Shown in pieces: positions 56,663-61,630 of a stretch of 61,630 bases of DNA. Numbering within the stretch: position 1 is the stretch's first letter; every line of letters starts with the position of its first letter. Below the pieces are notes generated by a model. The model searched no databases and had not been told where the DNA came from. It saw nothing but the letters and a program-made list of their open reading frames with translations. The translations under genes were made by a program, and so were the position numbers. Origin of the DNA: a virus (lineage: Duplodnaviria; Caudoviricetes); IMG/VR virus record IMGVR_UViG_3300031949_000034, positions 1-61,630 of that record. One strand, 5' to 3'.

Positions 56663-57226
56663 TTACGGGCGCGGCTCGGGGCCCGCAGGCGCGGGCAGCG
56701 CCGCGTCCGGCGCGAACAGCGTCAGGAGGCGCAGCGTGAACGGCCCGCGCATCACGACGCCGCGCTTTAGATCGTCGAGGTACTTCACCTCCTCCTTCAT
56801 GACGTAGCGCGCCTTCATTCCCTTCGGGAGCATGTCGACGGTGAGCCGCGCCACCGGCCGCCCGTCGAACCGCACGAAGCGAGCGATGCTCATCGGGCAG
56901 TCAAACCCGTCGGGCACGCCCTCCTTCTTCGAGTAGCGCGTGAAGAAGTACTTCCGGAGGAGCCCATCGACCAGGAGCGCGCCGCTCTTCTTCTGGTTGA
57001 GGACGATAACGGTGACGGGGTTGGCCTCTTTGTGGATCCAGACGGGGCCGACCGGGATGTGAGCCCAGGACAGTTGCCAGTGCGCCTCGCAGGGTACCGC
57101 CCCGGCGACGACGAGCGCGGGCTGTCCGTCGGCAGTGATGAGCCCCGGATACTTCCTGGATAGCTTGACCACGACGCCACGATCGTGGAGCTCCTTGGCG
57201 ACCTGGCGCACGTAGTCCTCGCTCAT
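56663..57226 (-). CDS. hypothetical protein
   Basis: Preceded by TTGATT-N17-TAGCCT. Confidence 0.7.
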   Translation of the reverse strand: MSEDYVRQVAKELHDRGVVVKLSRKYPGLITADGQPALVVAGAVPCEAHWQLSWAHIPVGPVWIHKEANPVTVIVLNQKKSGALLVDGLLRKYFFTRYSKKEGVPDGFDCPMSIARFVRFDGRPVARLTVDMLPKGMKARYVMKEEVKYLDDLKRGVVMRGPFTLRLLTLFAPDAALPAPAGPEPRP

Positions 57227-57279
57227 CCGCGAAGGCTAAGAGGCGAGGGCCGGGAAATCAAGCCGGCAAGCGAGCGCGC

Positions 57280-57310
57280 TTGACCGCCGCAGAGATAGCT
57301 GAGATATCTT
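57280..57310 (+). promoter_or_regulatory. rightward promoter with AGATAGCT-G-AGATATCT
   Basis: At the divergent strand switch. Confidence 0.6.
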
Positions 57311-57311
57311 T

Positions 57312-57587
57312 GTGATGCTCACCGCCAAGCCCTTCGAGGTCCGCCCTGGTGACATCGGCTCTCTGCCGGTGATCCCGAACACAGCGACGACGATCGAGTT
57401 GACGATCGACGAGGTGACGACGGCGCTGACGGACTACGCGCTGCGCGAGCGCGACGAGCCGAGGCTCGCGCGGCGCGTGCTTCTCCAGGTGCGGCAGCAC
57501 CCAAACGAGATGCCGGTGTTTCGTCTGTCGTACTGGCCGGCGGGGGACGCCGGCACCGTGGCAGCGCCGGAGGAAGCTCCGCAGTGA
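57312..57587 (+). CDS. hypothetical protein
   Basis: First gene of the rightward operon. Confidence 0.55.
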   Translation: MMLTAKPFEVRPGDIGSLPVIPNTATTIELTIDEVTTALTDYALRERDEPRLARRVLLQVRQHPNEMPVFRLSYWPAGDAGTVAAPEEAPQ

Positions 57588-57753
57588 ATGAGGGGGCGGT
57601 AACGCTGATCCGGATCGAACTAGTCGTAGACGGCAAGCGCCGTGAGATGCTGTTCGTGCGTCCGTCGAAAATAGCGGACCTCCTCGGCGCCGAGGACTCC
57701 GTCGGTAGCTTCCTCCGGGCCTTCCGAGACACGGAACTGGGGCAGGGCGAGCG

Positions 57754-58131
57754 ATGAAGACTGGGGACGCGGTTGCGGAGCTGTCGGCATTGCTGCGCGA
57801 GGCGGACCTGCGCCCGTACTTCCACCAGGACGGCTGCGCGATGGGGACCGATGAGCACGGTCGCCCCTCGTGCCGGTGCTGGGCGCTCTACTGGCCGGAG
57901 TTGCAGCAGAACTCCAAGAGCCCCGACGATCTCCGCCAGCTGGGTTGGATGGTCGCGGTGCACAACGACTACATGATAGATGGGCGGCGGTACACGTTCT
58001 GGCTCATGAGCAAGGGAGAGCGATGCCTCAAGGGGGAGGGGAGTTGCGACGCCGTGGCGCTCGACCAGATCCGTGCGAAGCTCCGTCCGGAAGAGATGCA
58101 GCGGAAAACTGACCAGCACTGGGGGCTGTAA
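57754..58131 (+). CDS. hypothetical phage protein
   Basis: LRQLGWMVAVHNDY...TFWLM...KGEG. Confidence 0.65.
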   Translation: MKTGDAVAELSALLREADLRPYFHQDGCAMGTDEHGRPSCRCWALYWPELQQNSKSPDDLRQLGWMVAVHNDYMIDGRRYTFWLMSKGERCLKGEGSCDAVALDQIRAKLRPEEMQRKTDQHWGL

Positions 58132-58336
58132 TGCTGGTGACCCCGGACGAACTCGCCGCCCACTTTCGGAGGCGCACGCTCGAGCACTACGTGGGTCTGG
58201 CCCTGAGGGACTGTGTGCGTGCGCGCCTTGCCGGGGAGCTTACAGAGGACCGCTGGTCCGCGCTCGGGGCGGAGCTCGTGCGCGCGCTCGCTGCGAACGG
58301 CGTGGCGGTGAGCCTCAGGAAGGATGAGAAGACGCC

Positions 58337-58747
58337 GTGACTCCGGACGATGCGGTCCCGGTCCATGCCGTGCGTCGGATCGACGCTATCGACCTCGCTG
58401 GGCAGACGATCGGCAAGGTGGAGGTCCTGGGCGTGCACGAGGGGCCCGGGGAGATTCGCTGGCTCTGCAAGTGTGAGTGCGGCGAGCGGTTCGTCGCGAG
58501 TTCCGTAAACCTCCGCGAGGCCGGCAAGAACTACCGCTGCAGCAAATGCCGACGCCGTCCCGGCCAGAGCCGCGTCCACAACTGCAGCATCTGCCACTCC
58601 TCGGCCCACAACCGCCGCAACTGTCCGGATCGGAAGGAGGATGGCGCTGGGAAGTTCTGCGGGGAGTGCTTCGGGCTCGGGCACAGGCGTCCGCACGAGG
58701 GGTGCCCCGGGTGCGGGGCGGCGTTCGTGGAGGAGAGAAGTGCGTGA
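58337..58747 (+). CDS. multi-Zn-finger protein
   Basis: WLCKCECG; CCHC knuckle CSICHSSAHNRRNC; CGEC...CPGC. Confidence 0.7.
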   Translation: MTPDDAVPVHAVRRIDAIDLAGQTIGKVEVLGVHEGPGEIRWLCKCECGERFVASSVNLREAGKNYRCSKCRRRPGQSRVHNCSICHSSAHNRRNCPDRKEDGAGKFCGECFGLGHRRPHEGCPGCGAAFVEERSA

Positions 58748-59386
58748 ATGGCAAACATGATCCAGAACCGCCTGAGCGTGATCGCGTCCCCGGCCGAGGT
58801 GGCGCGGTTCGTGGGCGCGGCGGAGGGGTTCCCTCACCGATGGTCGACCGATCTGAATCCGGCTGTGCGGCAGGTGTTCTCGTTTCATCGGCTCGTGCCG
58901 ATCGCGGAGCACCTGCTCAGGAATGCCGCGGCGGCAGAAGAGGTTGAGCACGAGCGCGCGGCGTGGGGAATCAAGTGGGGCGACGTGCCCGACCCGACGA
59001 GGGAAATGTCGCCGCCCAATGTCGTCACGTACAGCTACGAGACCCCATGGGGCCCCGGTGATCTCTTCCTCGCGAAGCTCGGGTGGAAGTGGACATCGGG
59101 CGGCAGCAACGCCGTGATCGTGGCGTCCTGGAGCGATCGCTACTTCCCGTGTCGGGGGCGGATCGCATACGAGGCGGGGATCGCCCTCGCGAAGTGGCGG
59201 GAATACGGCACGCCGCTCCGGCTCAGGGAGGGAGCGTTCAGAAAACAGCACGAGCTCGCCACGTGGAGCGATGAGGAGCGCGAGCGCGTCCGAAATGAGG
59301 AAGTGGCGACGTGGGCCTCTGGTTATCTCGATGGGCACGACGGCGCCGTGGCAGGGCTGCTCGAGGCCTGGAGGCAAAACCAGTGA
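58748..59386 (+). CDS. DUF1281/YubB-like ferredoxin-fold protein
   Basis: FSFHRLVP...WGIKWG...YETPWGP. Confidence 0.65.
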   Translation: MANMIQNRLSVIASPAEVARFVGAAEGFPHRWSTDLNPAVRQVFSFHRLVPIAEHLLRNAAAAEEVEHERAAWGIKWGDVPDPTREMSPPNVVTYSYETPWGPGDLFLAKLGWKWTSGGSNAVIVASWSDRYFPCRGRIAYEAGIALAKWREYGTPLRLREGAFRKQHELATWSDEERERVRNEEVATWASGYLDGHDGAVAGLLEAWRQNQ

Positions 59387-59766
59387 GCGAGCGGACGCTG
59401 CTTGGTTGGCTCCTGGAGCCGTGGGACGGAGGGGCGCTGCCCTTCGGTGGAGCGCCACCGGTGCTCCCCCCTCAGCCCTCGCGCCTTGCGGTGTACGCCG
59501 CCCTCATCGGCATGAACGGTGGCCACGTCACGGTGAGCGGCTGGGGCGTCTCGCACATGGGCGGCCCCTACGGTAAGCACGGGCTCGACCAGGAGGAGGC
59601 GCTGACGCTCCTCGGGCTGTCGGCGTTCGTGGAGGGCTGGCTCATGGGGACCGCCGGCGCTGAGGCCGCAGCCGTCAACGCGGCGGTGGACGAGGAGCAC
59701 CGGCGCGTGATCGGCCTCTTTCGGGCGGGCCTAGCCGAAAATGAAAAAGTTGACGACCAGAGCTAG
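59383..59766 (+). CDS. hypothetical protein
   Basis: GTGA overlap with the upstream gene. Confidence 0.5.
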   Translation: MSERTLLGWLLEPWDGGALPFGGAPPVLPPQPSRLAVYAALIGMNGGHVTVSGWGVSHMGGPYGKHGLDQEEALTLLGLSAFVEGWLMGTAGAEAAAVNAAVDEEHRRVIGLFRAGLAENEKVDDQS

Positions 59767-59778
59767 CTGAGATATCTC
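59750..59778 (+). promoter_or_regulatory. promoter TTGACG-N17-TATCTC with AGCTAGCT-G-AGATATCT
   Basis: Same motif as at 57293 and 6511. Confidence 0.6.
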
Positions 59779-59831
59779 ATCGGCGTCCTCGGTCGTCGCC
59801 GGAACGCCGGCCGGGGGAAGGAACACCGAGT

Positions 59832-60110
59832 ATGAGTGACCTGGCCGAGCCCTGGGATCAGAACGACGCCGCGATCGAGGAGTTGTCCAACTGGGTCGTG
59901 TCCCTTCTCGAGGCGCGCACTGCGAACAGTCGAGCAGCCATGCAGCTGCTCTGTCTCGTAAAGTATCGGTTTGCTGGGTGCTGCAAGGGGCGAGAGCTCG
60001 CCGTGGTCGCCGAGTACGACGAGGTGGACGTGCTCTGCCGTGAGGGGTTCGATCTCGCTGCTGCGGTGGGGTTCGACGGAAGTAAGCTCACAGGAGGCGG
60101 CAGCGCATGA
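59832..60110 (+). CDS. hypothetical protein
   Basis: RBS-like AAGGA upstream. Confidence 0.55.
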   Translation: MSDLAEPWDQNDAAIEELSNWVVSLLEARTANSRAAMQLLCLVKYRFAGCCKGRELAVVAEYDEVDVLCREGFDLAAAVGFDGSKLTGGGSA

Positions 60111-60997
60111 TGCCCAAGCTCACCATCGTTGCCGACAGCGCGGCGCCGGGCCGGCGTCCGGATGGAGAGCCATGGGTCAGGTGGGGACGGAGCGGGGACT
60201 ACAGCGGCTGGTACGCGATCGGGACGCGCGTGCCCGAGCAGCGGCAGGGGCTGCCCTTCTGGCAGAGCGTCGTCGTCGCCGTGGCCGCGCTCTCCGGGCG
60301 CCGCCTCGACGCCGCGCACGCGCTCGGCCCGGCGATCCTGGAGATGGGCGCGCTCGGGGTGACGCTCGCGGACGGCGACGCGCAACTCCTCCTCCATCGC
60401 TGCCTCCTGGCCGCGCCCGCCTGGTACACGGAGGTGATGGCGGAGCTCTTCCATCTCTCGGGCTTCTACACGAAGGAGCGCGGACGCTCTCCCGACGGCG
60501 GCACCTTCCGCGTCGGCCCCATCGCCGTGCTCTGCGACCACACCGGCCACGCGCTCTTGAGCGAGGACGAACTCCGCCGGCTCGTGATGCTCGGATCGGG
60601 GTCACTCCGGTGGACGAAGGCCGAGAAGGACCGGAGCCGAGTCTGGGTGGCGGCTGTGAGCAAGCTCCTGCGGCACGAGGCGATGGACGCCGTGCAGGCC
60701 GGAGTTGCCTCCGAGCTTTTGCCACGCCTGGTGCCGCCGCGCGTGCTCACGAGCATCAGTTGGTCGGGGGACCCCGGCGCGGAGTGGCAGTACACGCCGG
60801 AGCGGCAGTTGCTCTGGGCGTACGCGATGGTGCGGGCGGCGCTCGGGGACCGGGAGATGCGGGAGCTCGAGAGCGAGAGGGAGGAGGCGACCGTGCAGAT
60901 CCCGAAGGTCGCCGCCCGTGTGAAGCGAGAGACCGAGAAGGAAGACGCCCTCGGTGTACTTGCCGGGCTCTTCAAGTGCGATCTGGGGGGCGGATGA
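60107..60997 (+). CDS. hypothetical protein
   Basis: 296-aa coupled ORF. Confidence 0.65.
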   Translation: MMPKLTIVADSAAPGRRPDGEPWVRWGRSGDYSGWYAIGTRVPEQRQGLPFWQSVVVAVAALSGRRLDAAHALGPAILEMGALGVTLADGDAQLLLHRCLLAAPAWYTEVMAELFHLSGFYTKERGRSPDGGTFRVGPIAVLCDHTGHALLSEDELRRLVMLGSGSLRWTKAEKDRSRVWVAAVSKLLRHEAMDAVQAGVASELLPRLVPPRVLTSISWSGDPGAEWQYTPERQLLWAYAMVRAALGDREMRELESEREEATVQIPKVAARVKRETEKEDALGVLAGLFKCDLGGG

Positions 60998-61488
60998 TGT
61001 GGGCTTTGCTCGGAACGATGGGCTTTGCGGCGTACCTGATGAGGGAGTGGCTCCCAGATCGGCTCTACGCCCCGGACGGCCGCGACATTTGGCCGCGCCC
61101 CCGGCGTCCGCTTCGGCTCTACGCCCCGGACGGCCGCGACCTGGTGGAGACGTTGGCGGCTCGGCGCGTCTACGCCCCCGACGGAGTAGATCTCGACGCT
61201 GCCCGCATGCGCAGCACGTGGGCAGAGAGCGAGGAGGAACTCTCCCAGGAGGGCATTCGCTGGCAGAGGACATGGGGGCCGAGCTTGTCGCCCGACGTGC
61301 CCGTGCCGGCGCCCAGTTGGCACGCGGTGCTAGGCTGGTGCCCGCCCGGGCCGCGGACGTTTGCGCCGGACGGCCGGGACCTCCGGTACGAGGCGCGCGC
61401 GGAGCAGATCCGCCGGCGCGACTCGGCGGAGGCCGTCCCGGAGCTCGAGCCGGGCGGCGCCGAGGTCACGATGGAGGACGGCCCGTGA
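60994..61488 (+). CDS. protein with four (Y/F)APDG(R/V)D repeats
   Basis: Hydrophobic N-terminus; repeats also visible at DNA level. Confidence 0.6.
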   Translation: MMWALLGTMGFAAYLMREWLPDRLYAPDGRDIWPRPRRPLRLYAPDGRDLVETLAARRVYAPDGVDLDAARMRSTWAESEEELSQEGIRWQRTWGPSLSPDVPVPAPSWHAVLGWCPPGPRTFAPDGRDLRYEARAEQIRRRDSAEAVPELEPGGAEVTMEDGP

Positions 61489-61630
61489 TCAGTGGCGACA
61501 CCCCGAAGGGCACGCGCGTTATGGTGCGTCTATTGCGTGGCAACCGCGGCCTGCTCCGCACTGTCACCCTCTCCGCGTGCCGGTCCCCGGGTGTGGTCAC
61601 CGTAGCCGATGAGCGCGGGCACCCGTGGGA

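Overview
This GC-rich (~70% by eye), densely packed 61.6 kb window looks entirely viral or proviral. There are no housekeeping operons and no terminase, portal or tail genes. A leftward structural operon (~16.2-38.8 kb) encodes a probable single-jelly-roll major capsid protein with two possible minor relatives, an Arg/Lys-rich core protein, about 20 small membrane-anchored proteins, LysM/peptidoglycan-binding proteins and a transglutaminase-like Cys protease. This suggests an unusually large tailless, membrane-containing virus (Varidnaviria-like; inference). It also carries a lambdoid-style replication module (initiator with internal iterons, DnaC-like loader, DnaB), an SNF2 helicase, two GT4 glycosyltransferases, GroES, a J-like protein, a dual-specificity phosphatase, an HNH-AP2 endonuclease and a complete tmRNA. 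The most striking locus is 2451-7860. A 1353-aa tyrosine recombinase with an ~800-aa unexplained C-terminal extension is followed by a promoter, an ~300-nt hairpin-rich RNA ending in an anti-repeat (tracrRNA-like), and a CRISPR array of 12 full 36-bp repeats. No cas gene is recognisable anywhere in the window. All family calls come from motif recognition by eye; no searches were run. Several CDS starts were moved from the ORF track to likelier starts.
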